A DNA stretch of 64,000 nt from an uncultured Gemmatimonadota bacterium (lineage in GTDB: Bacteria; SM23-81; DAOVCL01). Made by a program: the position numbers and the translations under genes. Positions 28,996 through 38,558 of this stretch are shown one piece after another. Within the stretch, counting starts at the first letter, position 1. Every line of letters starts with the position of its first letter. The DNA lies in the NCBI GenBank assembly GCA_964626665.1, contig CAZVGK010000006.1, forward strand, positions 51,393 to 115,392, read 5' to 3'. The notes below the pieces were generated by a model. It was not told the DNA's origin, searched no databases, and was given only the letters and a program-made list of their open reading frames with translations.

Positions 28996-29655
28996 TCAGA
29001 TCTCCTCCTCCTCCAAAAGGGAACCAATGGCCCGGTTGAGCGCATCCAGGGTGGCAAATATGACCGCTCTACCCAGGTCTCCCTTTACAAAGGCACAGCC
29101 AATGAGTTTCATCTCCTCCCGGGTAGAGAGGGAAGTAATTGAGGCCAAGATTACCTCATGGCTAGCCAAGGAAACGGAGACGACATCCTCTAAGACCAGA
29201 GAGTAGTTTGGTTTGAGAAATTTCTCCACTGCCTTCAAGGTTGCCTGGCTAATTAATCTTAGTTGGTTTTTCCTTGAGTTTGGCCCGGAGGCAACCCCTG
29301 AGGAGACTACACTGTCCCTGACCAGTTCCACCTGGACTTCTGTCTGGAGCCCAGAAACGGAGAGGTCAAGGCCAGAGAACTTTATGCGAGGGGATAAAGC
29401 TGGATGGGTCTCCTCACCCTTTACCTGAGCAACGGATACCTTCTTATGATCGATCCTTATCCCAAACCTGGTGACTAAGGCAGACTCGATGTCCCTGACT
29501 ATCTGCTTTGGGGAGCGGTCAAAATTGGCCAGGACATGAATCTCCTCGATGTTTTGGCTTCCGTTAAAGGCGATGTGGGAGGAGATTATCCCTTGAAGTT
29601 CGTTAATTGCCCCTTCTAACTCCCTTTCTAACTTGTGTATATCCTCTAATGCCAA
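28996..29655 (-). CDS. Conserved-looking hypothetical protein
   Basis: 219-aa ORF with EIHVLA..RSPKQIVRDIES..IDHKKVSVAQ and ATLDALNR; TTG start after GGGGGTGG. Confidence 0.75.
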   Translation of the reverse strand: MALEDIHKLERELEGAINELQGIISSHIAFNGSQNIEEIHVLANFDRSPKQIVRDIESALVTRFGIRIDHKKVSVAQVKGEETHPALSPRIKFSGLDLSVSGLQTEVQVELVRDSVVSSGVASGPNSRKNQLRLISQATLKAVEKFLKPNYSLVLEDVVSVSLASHEVILASITSLSTREEMKLIGCAFVKGDLGRAVIFATLDALNRAIGSLLEEEEI

Positions 29656-30537
29656 TTACCACCCCCGGTTAACAGGGATAAAGTTTTTGAGGGTTTTTGA
29701 TGAGCGATGCAGGCTTTAGCTTGTGAAAATGAGCCTTCTGAATCAGCCGAATACGCAACCTGAAGGTTGCGGCTAATTTTCGACATTTTTGCAGTACATT
29801 TATTAACTAAAAGATAATAAAAAATCGGGGTATAGTCAAGCCATTTTTCTCAATGGGCAATGGAGCATCTATCCCGAATGATTCATATGCCACAAAGGAG
29901 CCAAGGCACAAGGTCTTGATTATATGTAGGTTAAACAGGTGTTTAAGGAGTAACACGGGGGAAATCAATTTGATACACGGGTGTTTTATGTTTAACCTTC
30001 TTAGAGGCTTCGTGGCCAAATTCACTACCGAGGGGTTAGATCTCCTAATCTGACTGTGGCAACTTGATTAAAAATATGGGAAGTGTCCCTAATTTTCTGA
30101 TCTGCCTGACGGAATTATCCACAAAATGTGAAGTTCTAAGAACTTAGCCGTCAGGGGACTTTTCTGAGGGGATGGACAGGATTTTCAAAAAAAATATGCC
30201 AGGAAACCCGTTCATATGAGGCGGGGGTGAATAGCATCCTTTTCCAAGAAGCCATCAAGGGATGATAGGCACTAAGGGCGAGCAATAGATCAATCAGAAA
30301 ATCGCCGGTTTTCGTGAGGCCGAAAAGCCCCACCGCTTGTGATGGGGATAGGTCTCACGAGGCGATTTTCTTTGGTTTATGTAGCCGACGCGGCGGTAAG
30401 CCGCATCCGGCTTTAGTGGCTGGCTAAGCTTCAAAGATAACTTGTTACATATCAAGCCTCGTTTTCGCCCGCCAGACCGGGTCAAATTGTCACGAGTAAA
30501 GATTTGACCCCTGTTTAATATTAGATGGTGGCGATTC

Positions 30538-31164
30538 CTATAGTTGGGCCCCAAGGCTGAGCTGTCCTGATGTGACCTTGAGGTCCTTGCCACCATCAAC
30601 CTTTAACGAGAAGGTCGTTCTGCCCTTGCGAACGGATATGTCGCTTTTCCATCCCTGCGGGGACAGCTCGACTGAGGTTTTGTGATGCTTTCCCTTGTGA
30701 GTGAACTTGCCTGAGACCTTCCCTTCTGACAACCGCAGGTTCACGGAGCCTTGGCGCGTCAAGCGTGACCTAAAAGACCCGGAGGGGCGCCCGGATTCAT
30801 CCAGCTTCAGATTGAAGTTGTGGTGATCGCTATTGATCTTGATCAAACCCTTAAGCTTCTTCTTACCTCCCCGGACGCGCGCCACGCCAGCTCGGATGTC
30901 TAACTCCAGCCCGTCGTCTTGCAGCTCCCTGTAGGATCCGCTAACAGAACCGTCTCGTTCGAGGTCGAGAGTCAGTAAATGCGTGTCGCCCGAGTGGATC
31001 AGTGAACCGGAGAGCTTGCCCCGCGCCGAATTCAACCTTATAGCCGCGTGGTCTGAGAAATTGTAAACTGCACCCCCGCGGATCTTGCCGGTACCAGTAT
31101 CGGCAGTAAGTTCAAGGGAGTGATGATCACCGTGGTGTTTCACAGTCGCCTTCGGATTACTCAT
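30538..31164 (-). CDS. Hypothetical beta-strand-rich protein with four internal His-containing repeats
   Basis: RBS AAGGAGG; repeats GDHHSLEL / GDTHLLTL / SDHHNFNL / GKHHKTSV. Confidence 0.65.
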   Translation of the reverse strand: MSNPKATVKHHGDHHSLELTADTGTGKIRGGAVYNFSDHAAIRLNSARGKLSGSLIHSGDTHLLTLDLERDGSVSGSYRELQDDGLELDIRAGVARVRGGKKKLKGLIKINSDHHNFNLKLDESGRPSGSFRSRLTRQGSVNLRLSEGKVSGKFTHKGKHHKTSVELSPQGWKSDISVRKGRTTFSLKVDGGKDLKVTSGQLSLGAQL

Positions 31165-31190
31165 CTGCTGCCTCCTTCCCGCCCCTTCAG

Positions 31191-31562
31191 TTAAAACTCT
31201 ACAATTGATTTGGCAATAACAGCAAAGAGTACCGCTACGCTCAAATTGACGAGTGTCCCAAGAAGGTAGTAGGAGGGATTCTGCTCCAGTTTTTCCTTAC
31301 GAACGAACTCCTTGGCCGCAATGACGATGGCCAGTGCGCTGAACTCTCCCTTGCACACAAGAATGAAGATCAGCAGAGTTTCGCAGAATCCAATCCAGAA
31401 TCCAGTCGACTTGGGATCAAATGGGCGAGAGGAATTGCTCTCCGGCAAGATCTTTTTCTGGATGCCGTTGGCCTTTAGTTTCGGTATGGCCAAACGGATG
31501 AGCAACGTCGAGACTATAAAGGAAAACAGAAACAGTCCGACCAAATAAAGATAATCAATCAT
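31191..31562 (-). CDS. Membrane protein, DUF3307-like partner of SatD
   Basis: GFWIGFCETLLIF..F.A...IAAKEFVR..YYLLGTL; several TM helices. Confidence 0.7.
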   Translation of the reverse strand: MIDYLYLVGLFLFSFIVSTLLIRLAIPKLKANGIQKKILPESNSSRPFDPKSTGFWIGFCETLLIFILVCKGEFSALAIVIAAKEFVRKEKLEQNPSYYLLGTLVNLSVAVLFAVIAKSIVEF

Positions 31563-31593
31563 TTCCTATGGATTTCGAGAAGTAAATGACTTT

Positions 31594-32244
31594 TCATTGT
31601 TTCAGCCTGAGCAGTAGGTCTCTGATGGTTCGCTGGACATCTAATATTAGTGCCGCCTTGCTCCTCTTTACGGCATCGGAAACTGACTGAGGATGTTTCC
31701 TCAGTTTGCGCGCCACATTCTTTTGCGTAAAACCTTGCTCAAGGAGAATAAACACCTCTCTCTGGTACTTTGTCATATCCTCAAAAAAAGCATTGCTCAT
31801 TTCCGTCAAACAGGTGAGGACTGAATCAAAAATGGGCTCACCAAGGAGCCAGCAGCAGAACCTGTTTCTCTTCTTGATACGCTGCATGGCTTCGTTGGCT
31901 TTCTTGAATACCTCACCCCCAACTTTGCGGATATCCTTTGAAGACACAGCAATCTTCCCTCGGGTCACCACGAATCGGAGGCCGACATCAGGATAGAGCA
32001 CATTCCGCACATCCATCACCACATCAAACAGTCGGGCAGGCGTGGTGAAAAGGCCGGCTACCTCGTCCCCATAGCTCATGCTTAGACCGAGGACAGGTTT
32101 CGGTTTGAGGGTGCGGTTGATTCGTTGGAGCTCCACTTCCAGCTTCTCCATAAACTGGCGTGCCTTTGGCGTAGCCAGCCGAGTGGATCCCCTAATGTCA
32201 ATCAGAAGCAAGTAGTAATCAGCGCGCGCATCCATCAGAAACAA
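31594..32244 (-). CDS. satD: SatD family protein
   Basis: LLIDIRGST, GDEVAG, GGEVFKKA, C-terminal HTH TQKNVARKL..QSVS. Confidence 0.75.
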   Translation of the reverse strand: MFLMDARADYYLLLIDIRGSTRLATPKARQFMEKLEVELQRINRTLKPKPVLGLSMSYGDEVAGLFTTPARLFDVVMDVRNVLYPDVGLRFVVTRGKIAVSSKDIRKVGGEVFKKANEAMQRIKKRNRFCCWLLGEPIFDSVLTCLTEMSNAFFEDMTKYQREVFILLEQGFTQKNVARKLRKHPQSVSDAVKRSKAALILDVQRTIRDLLLRLKQ

Positions 32245-32650
32245 TGATATAGCATTGATTATTTAAAATCAACTTTTTTCCATTTAGTCAGGTGGTACCC
32301 TATTGAAGTCTCGCCTTCTCGGCTGGGGACGGGCAAACCGTCCAGTTATGGCAACATAAACAAGGCAAAGCTTCGAATATAGAATTCGTCCAGTTAAATA
32401 TTTGAGGGTAAATCCTTCTTCTCATAATTCCGTTTCGGCCTCTCTAATTTTTGGTGGGACTTGCCATTTAGAGGGGGTGAAGAATGTAGAATTAAGATCG
32501 AGCACAAGAACATTTTCATAACCACCGCCTACATGTGCATTACTCACTCGTCTCGTCTGCGGATGGTGGGTACGTCTTGGACGAAATGATTATGGGTTCA
32601 GATTGATTGAAGAACAGGATTATCAATTCTTGTTGGGCCGTCTTCCTCTC

Positions 32651-33136
32651 TTACGCTTCCGACTTCCTACCGCTGTGCAGCATCCTCACAGCTTTCTCCA
32701 ATTCGGCAACGCGATGGAGAAGCTCTTGGTACGTGGGGATCTCGACGCTGCCAGATGGGGGTTTGGAGAACACCGCTTCCACCTGACGGGCGAAATCCTC
32801 ACGGTCCGCAATGAACTCCACAGGTGCTGAGACCTTCTGACGACTACGCAGCACTGGGTCGAGAATTCGAAATGCAACTACTTCTGCTTCCGCCATATAC
32901 TGCTCAAAGAGCGGGTGGAGCCACCACCGGACTTCAGTAACCCTATCTGGATCGAGAGAAACTGCTGAAGCGCCCGTAACTATGCTGCTGTCCTTGCGGA
33001 CAAGGTGCTGAAGCAGACGCTGTCGGATGTTCTTGGTCACACCCACATAGGCGATGTACCGGTGTCGCCCGTGGCCCGCGCACAGCGCGTATATGCCTGC
33101 GCTCTTTGGTGCCGCAGAAAGTAGTGAGACAATCAT
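32651..33136 (-). CDS. GIY-YIG nuclease-like protein
   Basis: AGIYAL...YVGVTKNIRQRLLQH. Confidence 0.7.
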   Translation of the reverse strand: MIVSLLSAAPKSAGIYALCAGHGRHRYIAYVGVTKNIRQRLLQHLVRKDSSIVTGASAVSLDPDRVTEVRWWLHPLFEQYMAEAEVVAFRILDPVLRSRQKVSAPVEFIADREDFARQVEAVFSKPPSGSVEIPTYQELLHRVAELEKAVRMLHSGRKSEA

Positions 33137-33497
33137 CTATGTTTCTTTACTGCTCAACATAATACCGTCAGGACTATGGTTTTTCTTATTTCCAATATTG
33201 GGAATAGATTTCCTTCGGCATCAATATACTAACTCCCAAGAAAAAGTCAACCTCGGTTTGTTTTTTGTGCGTGGAAATCATATTGGCCGAAGATGGACAA
33301 ATACAGGATTAACAGTTGAGTGATCTAAAAAAGGGGTATAATACACATATTGTCTGTTCGGAGATACCTATATTTCTTGTCATTCCGGCAATTTTTAAGC
33401 CGGAATCTACTTAAAATCAGTAATGGATTCCCGCTAACGGCGTGCGGGAATGACAAATTCGGACAGACACTATTTAGGTGGAATCCCTGATATAGGC

Positions 33498-34322
33498 TTA
33501 AAATTTTTCCCTCACATAATCCACTGCATTTCTGAATATCTTAATCCCATCCCCCTCCTCATCAGCCAGGAATTTACCGGCTCGCTTGAGTTCCTCCTTT
33601 CTCCCTGTCCAGTCCGGATGATTGGTGAAGTGATTGTAAGCCTCGGGGTGAGGCATTAAGCCAAAGATTCGCCCTGTGGGGTCGCAGATGCCAGCGATGT
33701 CCTCCAAAGAGCCATTCGGATTTAAAGGAAACTTCCCTCTGGCAGGTTCACCCTCAGAAGTGGCATACTGGAAAACAACCTGATCCTTCTCAAAGAGCCT
33801 TTGGATCACCTCTGGTGGGGCATAGAATTTTCCCTCCCCATGTCTTATCGGTAATTCCAGCATATCAATTCCCCGGGTGAAACCGCACGGTGACTCCCTG
33901 GTCTTTAAGTGGACCCATTGATCCCTGAAATTTCCACAATCATTAAAGGTTAAAGCCACATTCCGTTCATCATAATTATTATCAAATCCTGGCAAAAGCC
34001 CCAGGTTAACAAGCGCCTGAAATCCATTACAGATGCCGATAATTAGCTTGCCATCCTCGATAAATTCTCTCAGTTGTTGGCCGATGTTATACTTCAACCT
34101 GGTGGAGAGAATCACCCCTGCCCCATGATCATCTGCCCACGAGAAACCACCATCGAAGGCAAGGATGTGATAGTCATCCAGATCTTCTATTTGACCCAGC
34201 CCTTCCCCCTTTATCAGCTCATTGATGTGCACCCTTTTTGAGTCTGCTCCGGCTAACTTCAGGGCATAGTGGGTCTCATAGTCGCAATTTAACCCATATC
34301 CGGTAAGAACAAGGGCCTTCAT
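33498..34322 (-). CDS. purQ: FGAM synthase glutaminase subunit
   Basis: GYGLNCD, GGFSWAD, GICNGFQ, HGEGK, NPNGS, GLMPHPE. Confidence 0.95.
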   Translation of the reverse strand: MKALVLTGYGLNCDYETHYALKLAGADSKRVHINELIKGEGLGQIEDLDDYHILAFDGGFSWADDHGAGVILSTRLKYNIGQQLREFIEDGKLIIGICNGFQALVNLGLLPGFDNNYDERNVALTFNDCGNFRDQWVHLKTRESPCGFTRGIDMLELPIRHGEGKFYAPPEVIQRLFEKDQVVFQYATSEGEPARGKFPLNPNGSLEDIAGICDPTGRIFGLMPHPEAYNHFTNHPDWTGRKEELKRAGKFLADEEGDGIKIFRNAVDYVREKF

Positions 34323-37315
34323 ATTAGATCTCCAAATGGTTTTTGCCAGGCTTCCTTCAATTCACGAACAGACTTTTGAATGATTTTCTCCCTTTTGAGG
34401 CCATTTATGACCAATTTTCCCGCCTGAGTAATTCTTCCCACACAGGCGTGAGGGAAGCCATTGAAAATTTTCTCAAATCTTCCCCTATTCTCGGACGCTA
34501 TAGTCAGGATAAATCTTCCCGCTGACTCTGAATAGAGAATTTTGTCATCCCTTGCCAACTTCTCGAGGGGTATTTTGCTCAAGTCAATATCCATTCCCAG
34601 TCCACCCCCCATACCAACCAGGGCAAGATGAACCCCCAGGCCACCTCGATATATCCCGTGGGCAGAAGCTACAATACCTTCATTGATTGCCCTATGCAGT
34701 AGCTTGTATAAGCTAAGAACTTCCTCTGGCTTTACCTGGGGGACGTTCAGGCCCGTGTATCCGAACCTATCGTAGTATTCTGAGCCGCCAAGCTCGTCTT
34801 TAGTTATCCCCAATATGTAAACCAGGTCGCCGGGGATCTTTGCCTCCATTGTCAGGCATTTTCTCACATCCTCGATCACGCTGGTGGCCGTGAATTGGAT
34901 TGTGGGTAATCCGGATACCTTATGTCTCTCCCCGTATCTCCCTTCCAACTCTCCGTCAATGTACATGCTGTCCTTTCCAGAAAGCAGGGGAATTCCAAAT
35001 GCTAGGCAGCACTGCTTTAGTGCCAGGCCTGCTCTAACCAGTTGAGCGGCCTTAAACTTTCCGTCAGGATTTCTCTGGGCATCATATTGGATATTGGGCC
35101 AGCAGAAGTTGTCCAACCCTCCAATGTGATCGGGGTCTCCGCCAACGGCAATTAACCTCCTTACTGCCTCATCAATGGTGGAGGCGGTCATATGATAGGT
35201 ATCGATCTTGCTGTAAGTGGGATTAAGTGCCTGGGTAATGGCGATTCCCCTCACCGATTCTAGCACTGGCCTGATGACCACAGCGTCGCTATCAATGTCC
35301 CTATCCCTTCCCACAAGGGGTTTTATTACACTGCCCCCCTGAACCTCGTGGTCATACTGGCGCACAATCCACTCCTTGGAGCAGATGTTCGGTCTGGAGA
35401 GCATATCCAGCAGGAGTCGATCATGGTCGACCACCTCCTTGAGCACCGGTTCCTGGAGGCCGCGCAACTGGGGTGGTATCCACTCCGCATCAAACTCCCA
35501 TTGGGGGAATTCCGATTGCAAAAGATCCATATGCACATAGGCACAGGTCTTGCCTTTGTATTTAAGGTGCAGCTTCCCAGTATCCGTATATTTGCCGATG
35601 ACAGTGCTTTCCACATCGTGCTTTCTGGAGAGCTTAAGGAACCTGGTTCGGTTTTCGGGCTTAATGGCTACTGTCATTCTCTCCTGAGATTCCGAAACCC
35701 ATATCTCCCACTGGTCAAGCCCTTCGTACTTCAGGGGTACCTTCTCTAAGTGGACTTCACAGCCATTACTGAACCTTGCGGTCTCCCCAATGGATGAGGA
35801 GAGACCTCCCCCCCCATTGTCGGTTATAAACTCAATTAAGCCCTTATCCCGTGCCTCAAGTAGGAAGTCGTGCATCTTTTTCTGAGTATAGGGGTCTCCA
35901 ATTTGCACATGCCCAGCAGGAGTATGCTCGGTATAAGCCTCCGAAGCTGCGGTAACCCCGTGGATGCCGTCCTTGCCCACCCTGCCTCCGGTCATTATGA
36001 GCAGATCACCAGCGTGAGTGGTCTTTTTATCCGCTGGCATCCCATTGATCACGGAAGGCATAATGCCCATGGAAGTGACAAATACCAGGCATTTACCCAT
36101 AAAGCTCTCATCAAAGAAGACCTTTCCAAAGGCAGTGGGGATACCGCTTTTGTTTCCACCGTCCTTTACCCCCTCAATGACCCCGTCGAGAAGCCGTCTG
36201 GGATGCAGATGGGGTTTTAGATCTCCACTATAATCCCGCGGCCCAATACAGTATCCATAGGTCCCCAGGATGAGCTTCGAGCCTTTGCCCGTGCCCATAG
36301 GGTCCCTATATACCCCTACAATCCCGGTAATGGCCCCACCGTAGGCCTCCACATTGGAAGGGCTGTTGTGGGTCTCTCCGGTGATGGTGTAGAAATGATG
36401 CTCATCGAACCTTCCCACGCCGGCATTATCCCAGAGCACGGATATAACCCACGGCTTTTTCTTTTTAATCTCCAAAGTCGGTTCCTCAATACATCTCTTG
36501 AACAGGTTGTCGATGAGCTTCTCCTCGCCAGTTGCCAGGTCCCTGTATCTGAAAAGGCCCCTGAAGGTGTTATGATTGCAGTGGTCACTGCGTGCTTGAG
36601 CGATGTATTCCAGCTCCACATCAGTAGGCAGGCTAAGCCCGACCCTTCTCCGCTCTTTCTGGACATTTTTCCTTAAGAAATACTCCCTGATGGTTGGTAT
36701 ATCTCGAGGATTGAGGGCCAGGTTGCGCTCATCGCTTATTCTCCTCAACTCCTCATCGCTTACCATTGGAATGGGGGTGACTGCGGGCTCGTGCTCCAGA
36801 ATGACCCTGGGAATATTAAGTCCGATGCCCTCTTTCTTGTCCCACTCAGTGAGGCTGAATATCTTCCACTGCTGGATTAAGTCATTGGCCAGAAGCTCAC
36901 GAGCTATGCGATTAACATCACTGCGGCTCAAATTTCCACCCTTAAGGAAGTAGAGTTTTGATGTGTAGGCTGCCTCTTCCTTTTTGAATTTTACCTTCAA
37001 TAGATCTTCAATGGCCTCCACGGCCGTGCTTCCTGCTGGATCCCTTACGCCGGGCAGGTAGCCCACCCATATAGCCCAGTCGAAATCAAAAGCCAAGGGC
37101 TCAAAGGAGGAGAGCTGGGTTACCGGATTGGTGAATATCTTTATCCGGGCCTCTTCAAGCTGCTCTGGGGAGAGGGAAGAGTCAATGGTTATCACGTGGA
37201 CCGTTCGGATGGAATCCAATTCAAATCCGAAGTAATCCCTGGCCTTTCTTTTAATACTCTCGCCCTCGGCATCGAACAGTTGTGGCTTGAGCGATATTTC
37301 CAGTCTTGCAGGCAT
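34319..37315 (-). CDS. purL: FGAM synthase synthetase subunit with a PurS-like N-terminal extension
   Basis: SDHCNH, ETHNSPS, DGIHG, DNGGGG, SESQERM, QYDHEVQG, SGKDS. Confidence 0.95.
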   Translation of the reverse strand: MPARLEISLKPQLFDAEGESIKRKARDYFGFELDSIRTVHVITIDSSLSPEQLEEARIKIFTNPVTQLSSFEPLAFDFDWAIWVGYLPGVRDPAGSTAVEAIEDLLKVKFKKEEAAYTSKLYFLKGGNLSRSDVNRIARELLANDLIQQWKIFSLTEWDKKEGIGLNIPRVILEHEPAVTPIPMVSDEELRRISDERNLALNPRDIPTIREYFLRKNVQKERRRVGLSLPTDVELEYIAQARSDHCNHNTFRGLFRYRDLATGEEKLIDNLFKRCIEEPTLEIKKKKPWVISVLWDNAGVGRFDEHHFYTITGETHNSPSNVEAYGGAITGIVGVYRDPMGTGKGSKLILGTYGYCIGPRDYSGDLKPHLHPRRLLDGVIEGVKDGGNKSGIPTAFGKVFFDESFMGKCLVFVTSMGIMPSVINGMPADKKTTHAGDLLIMTGGRVGKDGIHGVTAASEAYTEHTPAGHVQIGDPYTQKKMHDFLLEARDKGLIEFITDNGGGGLSSSIGETARFSNGCEVHLEKVPLKYEGLDQWEIWVSESQERMTVAIKPENRTRFLKLSRKHDVESTVIGKYTDTGKLHLKYKGKTCAYVHMDLLQSEFPQWEFDAEWIPPQLRGLQEPVLKEVVDHDRLLLDMLSRPNICSKEWIVRQYDHEVQGGSVIKPLVGRDRDIDSDAVVIRPVLESVRGIAITQALNPTYSKIDTYHMTASTIDEAVRRLIAVGGDPDHIGGLDNFCWPNIQYDAQRNPDGKFKAAQLVRAGLALKQCCLAFGIPLLSGKDSMYIDGELEGRYGERHKVSGLPTIQFTATSVIEDVRKCLTMEAKIPGDLVYILGITKDELGGSEYYDRFGYTGLNVPQVKPEEVLSLYKLLHRAINEGIVASAHGIYRGGLGVHLALVGMGGGLGMDIDLSKIPLEKLARDDKILYSESAGRFILTIASENRGRFEKIFNGFPHACVGRITQAGKLVINGLKREKIIQKSVRELKEAWQKPFGDLI

Positions 37316-37588
37316 GAGGTTACCTCATTGAAGAATTTCGAATTTCCATCTTTAGACAGGATTGACAGGATGATCAGGACAAACAACCTCATTCATTAAA
37401 CACCGAAAATCACTAAAATAACAAGAAATCCTAAAGAAGAATGTGCGTTATAAATAACTATTCGGTAGTTTCGGTGTCATTCAGCGTTCTCTTGTATAAT
37501 AAAAGTGTGCTGTCAGGAGTTACCTCCTGACAGCCCTTACGGGATGAATAAAGATCCTGTTAATCCCGTTATCCTGTCAAAGAAAGTT

Positions 37589-37765
37589 CCGCCAATTACG
37601 GCTAAGTTCAATTTCCCAGAATTTCCGCTGGGTCGGGGGCTGTTTGAAGCCCCGAGGTAGGTCGGAATTCAATTATGACAGCTCTGCAATCCGAGTCTTG
37701 ACGCAGGTCGGGAAGGATCGGTGAGCCCCGATGGAGAAGTTAGCGACCAAAGGGAGCTAAGTTCT
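37589..37765. other. Structured non-coding element, copy 1 (homologous to 47369-47555, inverted)
   Basis: Shares ordered conserved blocks and covarying stems with 47369-47555. Confidence 0.7.
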
Positions 37766-37939
37766 GCAGGGTGGTTTGCCAGTCCTGGGCCGGGGAGGCG
37801 GAGCTTCGCTAAAAGTTTGCCCATCAACCAATCCATTTTGGAGCCGAAAAGTTAGTCACTCTTTAGAAGGGAGAAATTTTTCGCCTGGCCTTTGCCTTTT
37901 AATGGGGTGTCATCTGTTGTGATGGACTCATCATCAAAT

Positions 37940-38332
37940 CTATGACTCCCAGGGCATACTATACCAATTTGCAAATTCTTGAACAGCAGATTCTGCAATG
38001 CTATACCCAATTCCCCTTGCACTATTCCGTCTTGAATTAACCTGTGAATCCTCAAATAGTTTTTCCACAATTGGCAAAAGCAAATCGAGGGCTTCATCGT
38101 AATCGGTTCCCTGTGATGTAATGTATAACGAATATGCAACTGATCTCTCTTCCGGATCGCTACCATATTTTTCATAAGCAACTCCCGAGGCGTATTGAAG
38201 CATAGATGCGATCATAGGGGCTAAACGATGTGTTCGTCCCTTAGGAACTAATTGGTGCAGCATATCAATCCAGACCGAATAGACTTTATCTCCAACAATT
38301 TCTTTGAGACTACCTTGATTTCCCTTTGCCAT
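37940..38332 (-). CDS. Hypothetical protein
   Basis: 130-aa ORF with RBS AAAGGGG, in an accessory context. Confidence 0.6.
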   Translation of the reverse strand: MAKGNQGSLKEIVGDKVYSVWIDMLHQLVPKGRTHRLAPMIASMLQYASGVAYEKYGSDPEERSVAYSLYITSQGTDYDEALDLLLPIVEKLFEDSQVNSRRNSARGIGYSIAESAVQEFANWYSMPWES

Positions 38333-38558
38333 AGTATTCGACCCCTTTCTTTGTATTGCCCACCATTTCGGATAACAGGACAGCGGGTAGGTGAAGCCCG
38401 AACTTGTCGGGATTTGGGGACAGCGAGAGCAAAGCTGCTTACCTTCCTTAAGTTAAATGGCATAGACCTACTTCACAAAACCTAAAGTCTATATAGGCCA
38501 CCAGCTTGAATAGGTTATTGGATCTGCAAAAAATTCGATGACTCCTTTTGCTGCCAAG

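Larger units (their letters stand above)
28667..37810. repeat. Three-copy repeat GAAGCTTCGCCTTCCCGGCCAGGGACGGGCAAACCG-like
   Basis: Copies near 28667 (+), 32304 (+) and 37768-37810 (-). Confidence 0.7.

Noticed and set aside
37766-37822. c-di-GMP-I riboswitch suggested by GGCAAAC
   Set aside because: No GAAA-tetraloop stem or GCAAAGC P2 follows; the sequence belongs to the three-copy repeat also at 28667 and 32304.
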